From NCBI RefSeq assembly GCF_001194135.2, contig NC_068984.1, positions 136,827,293 through 136,891,218 of the forward strand: 63,926 bases of DNA, read 5' to 3'. Position 1 is the first letter of the stretch, and each line of letters opens with the position of its first letter. The notes under the pieces are model-generated. The model worked only from the letters and a program-made list of their open reading frames with translations, made no database searches and was not told where the DNA came from. Both the position numbers and the translations under genes were made by a program. This DNA comes from Octopus bimaculoides. Lineage: Eukaryota. This document shows positions 52,465 to 63,926 of the stretch, one piece after another.

Positions 52465-52740
52465 TTTACTACAAAACTAAACTTGCCATCTTCAATTCAG
52501 GGTTTGTGCCTATCATTACCTGTGGCAATGAATTTTGGATATGACCACAAGAGTACACTTGGAAGTACAAGCAGCTGAAATGGAGTTCCTCTGAAGGATC
52601 GCTGGATTAATGTTACTCGACAGAATGCGTAAATCATAATCTAAGGAGTCTCTCCAGATCAAGCCACTACTTCTCTACACAGAGAAGTAGTGGTACTATG
52701 GACATGAGGTTAGAATATTGCAGGAAAGAAAGAATTACAA
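52465..52740 (+). mobile_element. RTE (Rex3/Expander-like) LINE fragment
   Basis: TKLAIFNSGFVPIITCGNEFW...VQAAEMEFL*RIAGL...LD matches the AKLSIF.SVF.PILTYGHE.W...VQAAEM.FLRR.AG block. Confidence 0.75.
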
Positions 52741-54684
52741 GATGGGTTCTTCAAGCCGAACCAACCATGTAGAAGTAGACCAAGAACAAGACAGTTTGAT
52801 GATATCCATAGTCTTAGCTGGTCAAACTTGAAAATCCAGCCAGAAAGTGTAATGATAGTTGCTTCTGATAAAACCTTACGGAGGAGGTTTCTAAGGATTC
52901 GACCCACACAACCCTCTTAGGAATAGTGGGGGGAGAAGACGGATAAATTAATGGAATTTGAGATGGAAAGAAATAATATAATGTGTGAATCCACTGACAT
53001 TAGCAGAAACTGAACTTACAACCTCTGGATTAGTACAGTAGTTGCTTATAGCCAGTACTCTTGTTAATACAGTTAGCCTATTAAACAGTCAAAGATCCCT
53101 AACAGCTGTGTGTGCCAGTTGAAGCAGAGAGTCTATGCAGGTGTTTTTGCTTTATATGAAACCAACAATACTGATACGCGACTCCCCCACCACTCATGTC
53201 ACTGCTAACAGTAATGTCACAACTCTTCAGCAACATTTGGCAAAAATTAGATATTTTTCCGTACTTTAAAACGGTGAGAATCTGAAACGATTCTTCTGCC
53301 AGGAACTAAAACTCATAAAGGAAAACTACAAGTTAGGAAGAGGAGAAAATATTAAATGTGTTTGTTAATTGCTCTCAGTTTGAGAAACGGTGATAGTTGC
53401 CAAGACATTTGACCAAAGAAATACTATTGCAATAGCCATCAATATAATAGAGAACATTTGCCAAACAGGGAGAAAGAATACAAAGGAATACAAAGGAGGC
53501 GGAGAGAGAGACATTTCTAGACAACGGCTTACAGAACTGACTAGTTAGGTTAGATTGTGTAAGTGATTATTCACAGTAAAACTTCACAACACAAAACTTA
53601 GAAATAGGTTAACAACAATAGAAAAAAACGAAAAGGATACCAATAATGCGGACAATACCCTTTCAATAAGTATTTATTTCTTGTGTAAGAAACACTGATG
53701 TTATTTAATAGCAACATTTATAGGAAAACAAAGAAAGAAAAATAAATTACAGGAACTGTAATATTTTTCTTCTCAGTGTTAATAAGAGAATTAAGGCAGC
53801 AAGGTGGAAACATTGTTAGCATGCCAGGCAAAACGCTCAGGGGTATTTCATCCGTCTTTACATTCTGAGTTCAAATTCTACCAACGGTGACTCTGCCTCT
53901 CATCCTTTCAGGATTGATAAAGAATCAGTCAAGCACTGCAGACTGATCAAATTGACTTACTGCCGCCCCGAAAAAAAAATTTGGCCTTGTACCAAAATTC
54001 AAAATCAATATTCTTTTCTACTCTATGCACAAAGCCTGAAATTTTGAGAGAGGGGGCCAGCTGATTAGATCAACCCCAGTCTGCAACTGGTACTTAATTT
54101 ATCGACCCCAAAAGGATGAAAGGCATAGTCGACTTTGGTGGAATTTGAACTCACAATGTAAACACAGACAAAATACCGTTAAACATTTCGCCCGTCATGC
54201 TAACGTTTCCGCCAGCTTGCTGCCTTATATTCTTTTCTGCTCCAAGCACAAAGCCTGAAATTTGGGGGAAGGGAACCAGTTGATTAGATCAACGCCAGTA
54301 TACAACTGGTACTAAATTTATCGACCCTGAAAGGATGAAAGGCAAAGTTGACCTCGGCGGAATTTGAACTCAGAATGTAAAGGCAGACAAAATACCGCTA
54401 AGCATTTCGCACAGCATGCTAACAACTCTGCCAGCTCACTGCCTTATTTGAAATCAATATTAAGAGAATTAAGGGAGCAAGCTGGCCAAATCGATAGCAT
54501 GCTAAGTAAAATGTGCCTAGTGGTATTTCATCCGTCTTTATATTCTGAGTAGAAATTCTGCTGAGGTTGACTTTCCCTTTCGTCCCTTTAAGGGTCATTA
54601 AAACAAGAACCAGTCAAACACTAGCGTCAATGTCATCAGCTGACCTCCACCCTTGAATTTGCTGGTCTTGTGCCAAAATTCATG

Positions 54685-54836
54685 GCTTACTACAAAACCA
54701 AACTTGCCATTTTCGATTCAGGGTTTGTGCCTATCCTTACCTGTGGCAATAAATGTTGGGGGTTGACCACAAGAGTACAATTGCAAGTACGAGCAGCTGA
54801 AATGGAGTTTGTCCGAAGGATCTCTGGACTAATGTT
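54685..54836 (+). mobile_element. RTE (Rex3/Expander-like) LINE fragment, paralogous to 52465-52620
   Basis: TKLAIFDSGFVPILTCGNKCW...VRAAEMEFVRRISGL; truncated at the piggyBac MITE. Confidence 0.75.
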
Positions 54837-54852
54837 GTAACGAAAGGGTTAA

Positions 54853-55073
54853 CCCTTTCATTACCAACCTGGCCGAAACCGCCTCTGGCTCTGTAGTACA
54901 AATGTCTTGTTTTCATAAGTTTTGAATTAAAATCTTCCACCAAACATTAGTCACAATTTATGTTCTTAACACTAGCTTAATTATAACTAAGTCATTTTAC
55001 TAAATACTTTGTTATATTAAAAATAATTGAAAGAAACACAGAGCATCTCAAAATAAATACAGTAACGAAAGGG
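54853..55073 (+). mobile_element. piggyBac-type MITE, copy 2
   Basis: TIRs CCCTTTCATTAC and GTAACGAAAGGG with TTAA flanks (54849-54852, 55074-55077); internal sequence closely matches copy 1. Confidence 0.8.
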
Positions 55074-55149
55074 TTAACTTATGAGAAGGTGTATTTTTTT
55101 TCCCTCTGAAGATATTATGCTCAGGTCATATAAATTTAATATTTACTAG

Positions 55150-55645
55150 TTGAGGGAACCCGTGGAAGAGGTAGGCCCAGGAAGACCTGGGCTGAGGTGG
55201 TGAGGCAAGACCTTCGTACATTGGGCCTCACCGAGGCGATGACTACGGACCGAGACCTTTGGAAATGTGCTGTGCGTGAGAAGACCCGGCAAGCCAAGTA
55301 AGATCGTTGCCAGTGCCCCTGGACTGGCTTNNNNNNNNNNNNNNNNNNNNNNNNNNNNNNNNNNNNNNNNNNNNNNNNNNNNNNNNNNNNNNNNNNNNNN
55401 NNNNNNNNNNNNNNNNNNNNNNAAGACACCATTTCGAGCGTGGCCGTTTTCGTGCGGGTGACACGTAAAAGCACCCACTACACTCTCTGAGTGGTTGGCG
55501 TTAGGAAGGGCATCCAGCTGTAGAAACTCTGCCAAATCAGACTGGAGCCTGGTGTTGCCATCCGGTTTCACCAGTCCTCAGTCAAATCGTCCAACCCATG
55601 CTAGCATGGAAAGCGGACGTTAAACGATGATGATGATAATGATGA
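55150..55645 (+). mobile_element. Well-preserved RTE LINE 3' end
   Basis: EGTRGRGRPRKTWAEVVRQDLRTLGLTEAMTTDRDLWKCAVREKTRQAK*, then the 3' UTR (contains an N gap) and the conserved tail ending GGAAAGCGGACGTTAAACGATGATGAT. Links the abundant short tail copies to an RTE parent. Confidence 0.88.
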
Positions 55646-55917
55646 TTTACTGAGTATTAATTGAAACAGCTGTAAGGGATGATGATTAGCTTGCTGTTTA
55701 TAATAAACAATTATTAACTTCCCAATCTCCATGTATGTACAAATATTCTATAATCATAAACATAATTATAATCAGGGGTCAGCTAATTGCTTCTCCACGC
55801 ACTGAATTTAGAAATAGGAGTTAAAATACCTTTTCTGCTACCATAGAGATCTCCCAGACAATAACACTCTTTTATTATTATATGTATGTATGTATGTATG
55901 TATGTATGCAGGTAGGT

Positions 55918-55986
<69 letters not shown>

Positions 55987-56094
55987 TGTCTGTATGTGTG
56001 TGTGTCTGTGTATAATTTGGTTTTGGTTTTAATTCTCTATTCTCTTTGTTGGCATATAAATACACACACAGACACACATACATACATACATACA

Positions 56095-56126
<32 letters not shown>

Positions 56127-56533
56127 CATACATANNNNNNNNNNNNNNNNNNNNNNNNNNNNNNNNNNNNNNNNNNNNNNNNNNNNNNNNNNNNNNNNNN
56201 NNNNNNNNNNNNNNNNNNNNNNNNNNNNNNNNNNNNNNNNNNNNNNNNNNNNNNNNNNNNNNNNNNNNNNNNNNNNNNNNNNNNNNNNNNNNNNNNNNNN
56301 NNNNNNNNNNNNNNNNNNNNNNNNNNNNNNNNNNNNNNNNNNNNNNNNNNNNNNNNNNNNNNNNNNNNNNNNNNNNNNNNNNNNNNNNNNNNNNNNNNNN
56401 NNNNNNNNNNNNNNNNNNNNNNNNNNNNNNNNNNNNNNNNNNNNNNNNNNNNNNNNNNNNNNNNNNNNNNNNNNNNNNNNNNNNNNNNNNNNNNNNNNNN
56501 NNNNNNNNNNNNNNNNNNNNNNNNNNNNNNNNN

Positions 56534-56568
<35 letters not shown>

Positions 56569-58034
56569 GTAGGTATGTGTATATATATATACTTAATATA
56601 CAGATATGTGAAATGTAGATTCAGCAAACTGAAATTTCATCAGATATTTTCATTTATTTTATTTTCAGTCATCTCCCATAGCTCTTTCAATCATGAAACA
56701 TGAAAACAGTAGCATGAAGTCAACATTGAAACATAATTATCTCAGAACAACAAAGTGGATAAGAGAGAAAGAGAGAGAGAGACAGAGAGAGACAGAGACA
56801 GACAGAGACAGCTAACTTTCAGATTCTTCAGAAATTGATTGGAGCCAATATTCTACATATTAAACTACAAATTATTGATTTAGCTTTCAATAATTTCTAA
56901 GATACCATCAATCATATTAAACTATCTGTAAGTATATATAAGCTAATATGAAAGAGTGAGAGTGACTTGTTTCAGTCATTGGACTGCAACCATACTAGGT
57001 CACTATGTGACAGGCTTGACAATTGCTGAGAATTCTTGGCATGAAACCAATGGTACCCTTGTTAACCCACAAATAAAGAATACTTGTATGTATAAATATA
57101 TATCATCATCACCGTTTAATGTCCGCTTTCCATGCTAACATGGGTTGGACGATTTGACTGAGAACTGGCGAACCAGATGGCTGCACCAGGCTCTAATCTG
57201 ATCTGGCAGAGTTTCTACAGCTCAGATGATACATATATATCATCATCATCATCATTTAACATCTGTTTTTCATGCTGGCATGGGTTGGACGGTTTGAGTG
57301 AGGACTGGCAAGGTGGGGAGCTGCACCAGGTCCTGATCTGATTTGGCAAGGTTTCTATGCTGGATGCCCTTCCTAACACCAACCACTCCAAGAGTGTGGT
57401 GGGTACCATTGACCTGATACCAGCACCAGCCATGACTATGATCTCACTTGGCTTGACAGCACCCATATAAAAAGCACCCAGTACACTTTCTAAAGTGGTT
57501 GGCATTAAGGGGAGAATCCAACTGTAGCTGAAACCATACCAAAGCAAACACCAAGGACTGATGCAGTCCTCTGACTTGCCCACTTCCTATCAAACTGTCC
57601 AACCCATGCCAGCATGGAAAACAGACATCAATGTTGACGATGACGAATGATGACGATGACAAATGATGATGATGACGATGACTCCCACTCTTCAGTAAAC
57701 CCCAAAAACTGTCGAATCCTCTTTGAATGGATCCCATTCAGCTTAGTTTAACATCTGATTAGGAGCTGGGAATTGGTATTCAGCCATTTGGTTAATATTC
57801 GTTAGAAAACACAAAAGCACTCAGTTCCTTCAACTAAATTCTGTTTGTTTAGTCAATATCAACCGTGTTACTAATGAACAAAAACAGGGGCAACTATTAG
57901 ACCAAGTGATGCACCTTGATTGCTGAAGTCAATAAGCTGATTCAGACAATACTTCTAGCACCAAACTATAACTGGATATCGTAGTTAACAGGTCTCTTCT
58001 TCCTCCTTTTCTATAATCATCATTATTATCATTA

Positions 58035-58090
<56 letters not shown>

Positions 58091-59527
58091 GTTGTTATAG
58101 TTGTTATTAGATGGTTTTGTTTTTCTAAATAGAAACATGGAAACAATTTCAATCTAGCGTTGTCCTTTAATTATAGTTTGCGATCTTATAAATGTATTCA
58201 TCAATAGCTTTAGAAATTTCTAAAGATTCTTATAATTATAATAGAAATCCTCATCACTGTCATCATTGTCAACACCGTCGTCATCGTCGTCGCCGTCGTC
58301 ATTGTCATTGACTTTGCCACTGTTATTGATGGCAAGATCTTTAGCATTCTCGTGCAACATTCCTGGCAAGTAAATAAACATGGTTGATGATGGAACCTGA
58401 ATGCTATTGCTTAATCTGCTAGAAATAACAGCCATATTTTCATTAATCACATCCTACAAGATTTAAAACGAAAACATTAGATGATGTAGTCAAAAGTACA
58501 CCATGGAAGAAAAACATGGGGTTGTTTGGGTTAAAATCTGGTTGATCATTCAGGGCCATGTTGCCCCGAAATAACAACAAAAACTTTACTAATTATCTTC
58601 AAGTTGCAGGCACAGGTCGGTGCAGGAATGGTTGTGTGGTTAAGAAGTTTACTTTGCAACCAAATAATTTCAGGTTCAGTTCCACAGTGGGCAAGAGTCT
58701 TCTACTGTGAGTAAATTTGACAGAAAGATACTGTAAAAGCCCACTGCGTGTGTGTGTCCACTCTAAGGGATCAGCACTCCAGTATGCAACTATCTACATC
58801 CATATATGCCTCACATAACCAAACCATCCTTCTCTCTTGCACTCAAAATCTAATTCCTCTTATACCCAACTTTTCTCTCAATATTCTGGCACTCTGTTGC
58901 ACATGTACACTTACCCAAGGTTCCATGCAGTGAAACGAAACCCCAAACCATGCCATTGCAAAGCAAACTTCTTAAACACATAGCCTATGCCTGCACCTAG
59001 AAAACTTACAAAATTTCTGTAATTAATTAATTATCCTGGAATTAATTTCATGAATGCCAGAGACTGGCTCCTTACTATCAAGCAAAATGGTAGAAATAAT
59101 GATAAATAGTTGACAGGTGAGTAAACGGGAACATGCATGTGAATTTAATGATTGGAGGAACGGTTTGGTTGTGCATATATTGATCCTTGGTCTGAGTGAT
59201 ATCTCATTAATTTCACGCGCTCTAGGAAACTGATCATGTTAATCTAGCAAAAACATGTAATCATTGTAGAAAGAGCTGAGAAAATCAGCCAAGAACTGAA
59301 TAAAACTAACAATGCACAGACATGGCCGTGTGGTTAAGAACCCAACCATGTGATTTTAGGTTCAGTCCTGCTGTGCAGCACCTTGGACAACGATCTTCTA
59401 CTATAGCTCTGGGCCAACAACTGCCAGGTGAGTGAATTCAGTAGGAAGAAATTGCGTGGAAGACCTACCCATAGTGGGACCGAACCCAAGGCCACATGGT
59501 TGGGACACACGCTTCTTAACCACATGT

Positions 59528-60300
59528 GCAAGTGAGAGGATTGTGCTGGTTTGGTCATGTGATGTGGATGGAAGTCAACAGCTCCATAAAGAAGAGCCAA
59601 TCTCTCAAAGTAGATGGAACACATAGAAGTGGAAGACCCAGGAAGACACGGGATGAAGTACTGAAGAACGACCGCAGGATGCTGAGCCTTTCAGGCAAGA
59701 TGTCAAAGGACTGAGATGCTTGGTGTCATGCTGTACTCAAGAAGATCCGTACTCCACAGCAGAAGTGTTAGGACCAAAAGTGGCGAGCTGGCAGAAACAT
59801 TAGCACGCCAAGCAAAATGCTTAGCAGTATTTCGTCTATCTTTACGTCCTCAGTTCAAATTTCGCCGAGGTCGACTTTGCTTTCATCCTTTCAAGGTCGA
59901 TAGATTAAGTACCAGTTGCATACTGGGGTCAATCTAATTGACTGGCCCCACTTCCCAAAAACATTTCGGGCCTTGTGCCTAGAATAGAAAAGAAGTGTTA
60001 AGACCAGTCAATCTAGTGGTGTAACACACTGATGGCAGTGCCACATAAAAGCAACCCTGTGGTGGCATGTAAAAGCACCCATGCAGTGTCACATAAATGT
60101 GCCCATGTGGCACCATGTAAAAGCACCTATGCGATGCCACATTAAAGACCCATGCAGTGCCACATAAAAGCACCCAGCTGTAGAAACCGTGACAAATCAG
60201 ACTGGAGTGTGGTGCAGCTCCTGTCAAACCATCCGACCCATGCCAGCATGGACAACGGGTGTTAAATGATGATGATGATGACGATGACAATGACAACAAC
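59528..60300 (+). mobile_element. RTE LINE 3' end interrupted by a SINE insertion
   Basis: QVRGLCWFGHVMWMEVNSSIKKSQSLKVDGTHRSGRPRKTRDEVLKND; 3' UTR motif array 60040-60175; (GAT)n tail; SINE at 59777-59990. Confidence 0.85.
59777..59990 (+). mobile_element. tRNA-derived SINE family A with 16-bp TSD. Other copies at about 10024-10253, 18052-18200, 20770-20985, 23465-23625, 30360-30520, 32580-32780, 38125-38200, 42380-42610, 48670-49095, 51030-51190, 53795-54680, 63640-63750
   Basis: GGCGAGCTGGCAGAAAC...GAGTTCAAATT (A/B boxes), central GCCTTTCATCCTTTCGGGGTCGATAAATTAAGTACCAG; flanking repeats AGAAGTGTTAGGACCA (59761-59776) and AGAAGTGTTAAGACCA (59991-60006). Confidence 0.85.
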
Positions 60301-60319
60301 AACCAAGTCTGCACCTATA

Positions 60320-60537
60320 TGAGGGGGTGCCGAAAAGTTCCTGGCTTTGGGTAAAAGAAAATACAAGCGAATTCAGTTAATTATGATTTTATCCAACATA
60401 TTCCCCTCTCGTATTCACACACTTATTGCCAGGGTCCTTCAGTTTTTCTAAGCCCTATAAAAGAACTCTGAACATTGGGTCTCCAATCAGGCCTTTTGTA
60501 ACACCCTTCAAGCCAGGAACTTTTCAACACCCTCTCA
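60320..60537. mobile_element. Mariner/Tc1-type MITE, about 218 bp
   Basis: Imperfect TIRs TGAGGGGGTGCCGAAAAGTTCCTGGCTT and AAGCCAGGAACTTTTCAACACCCTCTCA, flanked by TA on both sides (60318-60319, 60538-60539). Confidence 0.8.
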
Positions 60538-62059
60538 TATATGTATGCTATCATCTTTAATTTACTGACCAGTGTATGAGATAGTTACAACCAGGAAATA
60601 AAACCAGGCCACAGATTTAGTCTTGCTACAGTTTATCATTACGCCCACTAAATATACTAATTTTTTTGCAATGAGATACAGAGAAAGCTCAACAGAAGAG
60701 GACATGTGGTTACTTGAATTAGCTCCCTTATATTTCTGATGCTTACTTTTATCAACCCTAAATAAACTATACAAATAATGAGATGATTGAATGCAGCTGT
60801 TTGGATGCTGACAATTTGGCAGAGCTGACTGGACATTCAGCCTATGTTGGCAACAGCACATTTTGGTGCTGGAGGCAACCACACACATACACACATGCGA
60901 AGGAATATACGCATACAGAGAGGGAGAGAGAAGGAGAGAAGGAGAGAGAGAGAGAGAGAGAGACATTGATTACAATTTATTAATTGAACATGATTGGCAT
61001 AAATGCTTTCCCTCTGCTCACACACATAAACAGAGAGAGGGAGGGAGAAAAAGAGGGGGAGAGAAAGAGAGGGGGGNNNNNNNNNNNNNNNNNNNNNNNN
61101 NNNNNNNNNNNNNNNNNNNNNNNNNNNNNNNNNNNNNNNNNNNNNNNNNNNNNNNNNNNNNNNNNNNNNNNNNNNNNNNNNNNNNNNNNNNNNNNNNNNN
61201 NNNNNNNNNNNNNNNNNNNNNNNNNNNNNNNNNNNNNNNNNNNNNNNNNNNNNNNNNNNNNNNNNNNNNNNNNNNNNNNNNNNNNNNNNNNNNNNNNNNN
61301 NNNNNNNNNNNNNNNNNNNNNNNNNNNNNNNNNNNNNNNNNNNNNNNNNNNNNNNNNNNNNNNNNNNNNNNNNNNNNNNNNNNNNNNNNNNNNNNNNNNN
61401 NNNNNNNNNNNNNNNNNNNNNNNNNNNNNNNNNNNNNNNNNNNNNNNNNNNNNNNNNNNNNNNNNNNNNNNNNNNNNNNNNNNNNNNNNNNNNNNNNNNN
61501 NNNNNNNNNNNNNNNNNNNNNNNNNNNNNNNNNNNNNNNNNNNNNNNNNNNNNNNNNNNNNNNNNNNNNNNNNNNNNNNNNNNNNNNNNNNNNNNNNNNN
61601 NNNNNNNNNNNNNNNNNNNNNNNNNNNNNNNNNNNNNNNNNNNNNNNNNNNNNNNNNNNNNNNNNNNNNNNNNNNNNNNNNNNNNNNNNNNNNNNNNNNN
61701 NNNNNNNNNNNNNNNNNNGAGGGAGAGAGGGGGAGAGAGAGAGGGGGAGAGAAAGAGTGAGTGGAAGACAGAAGCATTCAAATGTTTGATGTCAGATAAG
61801 CCAGCATTGGATCAATGACGCCAAATAGACGGCACCAAAACAACTGTGCTAAAACATTTCATACCCATGTAAAGTAGAGGCCCAACAGGATTCAATTCTG
61901 GAAGGCAGATGGATGACCCTGAAAAACTGTCGTCCATTTATTAGCTTCCAAAATGGTGTAACTCATGAAAGTACCGAAATTCCACGTCTAATAGATTTTG
62001 TCACAACATTTTTTAACTGGATGCTTCCCAAACAACCTGAGAGTGATATCAGTAATCAC

Positions 62060-62900
62060 AAAGCTTAAGAATTATTCCACTTTAGACTATTAAAACTGCT
62101 GACCAATTTCCTGCTTTCAGATATTGACAAAATCATTGTACAAACTGACAAAAATATAAGAAAAGTAAATGTATTCTTATATTATCAAATTTACTGGGAA
62201 ATTTTAAGTGCATTTATCCATTATGGTATAGTTTCCAGGAAAACCATTTAAAATGCCATATTTAAAACCAAGATAATGAAAACAGTTTTAAGGTTCTTGC
62301 TTATGGTCACTTTGCATGAGGTGATTTGAAATTCTAAGCACCATAGATCATGACTTTCTCTTGCTCAAACTGGTAAAGGATCTACGATTTCTACAGCTCA
62401 GTTGAGATTCTTCTTGATAAACTCTATAATTGTCTCCATCATTGGGTTTACATCTTATAGCAAACCACTTAACAGATGTGTTCCACAGGGATTGGTTCTC
62501 GGACTACTCTTGTTTAAACTTTATATCAATAACCTTCATTTTGCTGGGAAATTCTGTAACCAACATCATTTTGCAGATGACACAATCTATTACTCTTGGA
62601 TAAGTCTCAAATCTATTATAAAAAGAATTAACAAAGCTCTTAAACTACTATGCCATTAGTTAAATGGAATAAAATTTCCCTAAATGTGAGCAAAACAGAA
62701 TCTATCTTATTTCATGACTGGTCTGCTGCTATAAATTATCATTTGAACATAAAAATCAATGGTAAGAAATTACACCCTACTATCAAATATCTGACAATCT
62801 TTCTGAATATAAACTGCATATAAATGTTATGTCTCTAGAATTTTCCAAAGTTAACTGGTGCACTTGCCAAGTCTAGACAGTATCTGATCACTAACTTATT
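62060..62900 (+). mobile_element. CR1/L2-group LINE reverse transcriptase remnant
   Basis: STIDHDFLLLKL, CVPQGLVLGLLLFKLYINNL, HHFADDT, NVSKTESILF correspond to FDTIDH..LL.KL, GVPQGSVLGPLLF.IYINDL, FADDT and N..KT..ILF; disrupted by stops. Confidence 0.85.
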
Positions 62901-63755
62901 TTTCTTACTGTCTATTTAAACTTTGTTCTCGCTCTAATATAAATATTATTCTTTTGGGTTTTTTTTTTTAACTCAACTTCGATTATCATCACTGTATTTT
63001 TACAAGTACTTTGAAAAGTAGACTACTGTGTAAATTACATTGACAATAACAATACATTTCAAAACAAAAATTATGACCTTATAATATTACATAGACAATA
63101 GTAAACATTGTCATATAAATTTAATTATAGTAACATGACTACACCGAAGTATAAGCAGCTGCACAATACTACAATAAGTGCAGCCAGCTGTCACTTGTAA
63201 ACGGTTGTGGCTGGGTAACATGGATAATGCTTTCTCTAATTGTTTTAGGTACCTTGAAGAGACTCAGACAATTCTGTGGTTCCATCACCCTTGGAATATC
63301 TGAGTGGAATATCTAAGTGGAATATCCAAGATGTGACAGATGGAGGGTGAGCTGTACTAGTAACCGGCTGGTACTCATTAACAGCAGAGTAGAACTGGGC
63401 CAAGTTCTATGAAGTAGAGTAACTTGCTCAAGAACACAAGAAGCCGACTGGTTCAAGAACTGAACCCACAACCTTAGAATCATGAGCCATGCACCTTTAG
63501 ACAATACTACAATAACCTCTTTAATATCCTGCAATAGTGAGTTGAGATTAATTAAATGAGGGCCTGAAACCACAAATTCTCTTTTCTAACAATCAGAACA
63601 CAATGGTAATACTCAGAAAAGCAGAAACCAATATCTTCTAGGCGGCGAGCTGGCAGAAACGTTAGCACGCCGGGCGAAATGCTTAGCGGTATTTCATCTG
63701 TTGCCACGTTCTGAGTTCAAATTCCGCTGAGATCGACTTTGCCTTTCATACATTC

Positions 63756-63789
<34 letters not shown>

Positions 63790-63791
<2 letters not shown>

Positions 63792-63926
63792 GAGAATATA
63801 CGAAAAAACAACAGACGAGGACAGGTGGTGTAAATAACAAAAGGATGTATTAGTATGACGCTCGGGAATACGGAAAGTCTTTGACGTTTCGAGCTACGCT
63901 CTTCAACAGAAAGAATACGGAGACAA
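63790..63926 (-). mobile_element. 3' end of a hammerhead-bearing short element (Penelope-like or retrozyme-like), cut by the window edge
   Basis: Contains the hammerhead at 63878-63914; its 3' end runs into the (TA)n tract at about 63759-63789. Confidence 0.45.
63878..63914 (-). ncRNA. Putative minimal type I hammerhead ribozyme, A6U core variant
   Basis: Minus strand reads UCUUU (helix I) CUGUUGA A GAGC-GUA-GCUC (perfect helix II) GAA ACGU (palindromic helix III) C AAAGA (helix I, 5/5 complementary). Activity untested. Confidence 0.6.

Noticed and set aside
60640-60740. Plus-strand WLLELAPLYF resembling the DEAH-helicase C-terminal motif
   Set aside because: Isolated, followed by a stop, no splice context or other helicase motifs.

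Overview
Repeat-saturated, AT-rich animal genomic scaffold with many N gaps. The repeat families and microsatellite load look like an octopod cephalopod (Octopus); this is an inference from recalled repeat motifs, not a database result. The only confidently recognisable host gene is mitochondrial polynucleotide phosphorylase (PNPT1): two minus-strand exons (51528-51611, 46776-46882) splice in frame and encode the KH domain. I could not find its other exons. The rest is intronic or intergenic: several tRNA-derived SINE families, 3' fragments of RTE-, R4/Dong- and CR1/L2-type LINEs, decayed Tc1 and mariner transposases, piggyBac-, hAT-, mariner- and pogo-type MITEs, and micro/minisatellites. Nearly all ORFs in the supplied track are low-complexity or gap artefacts. 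The most interesting signal is non-coding. Two unrelated short elements (25632-25682 and 63878-63914, both minus strand) each fold into a complete minimal type I hammerhead ribozyme with a non-canonical core (G3-C8 swap in one, A6U in the other, each with an extra purine after A9). Both have a palindromic helix III and lie about 90 nt upstream of a (TA)n tract, as expected for non-autonomous Penelope-like or retrozyme-like elements. Their activity is untested. There are no CRISPR arrays, rRNA genes or bona fide tRNA genes.
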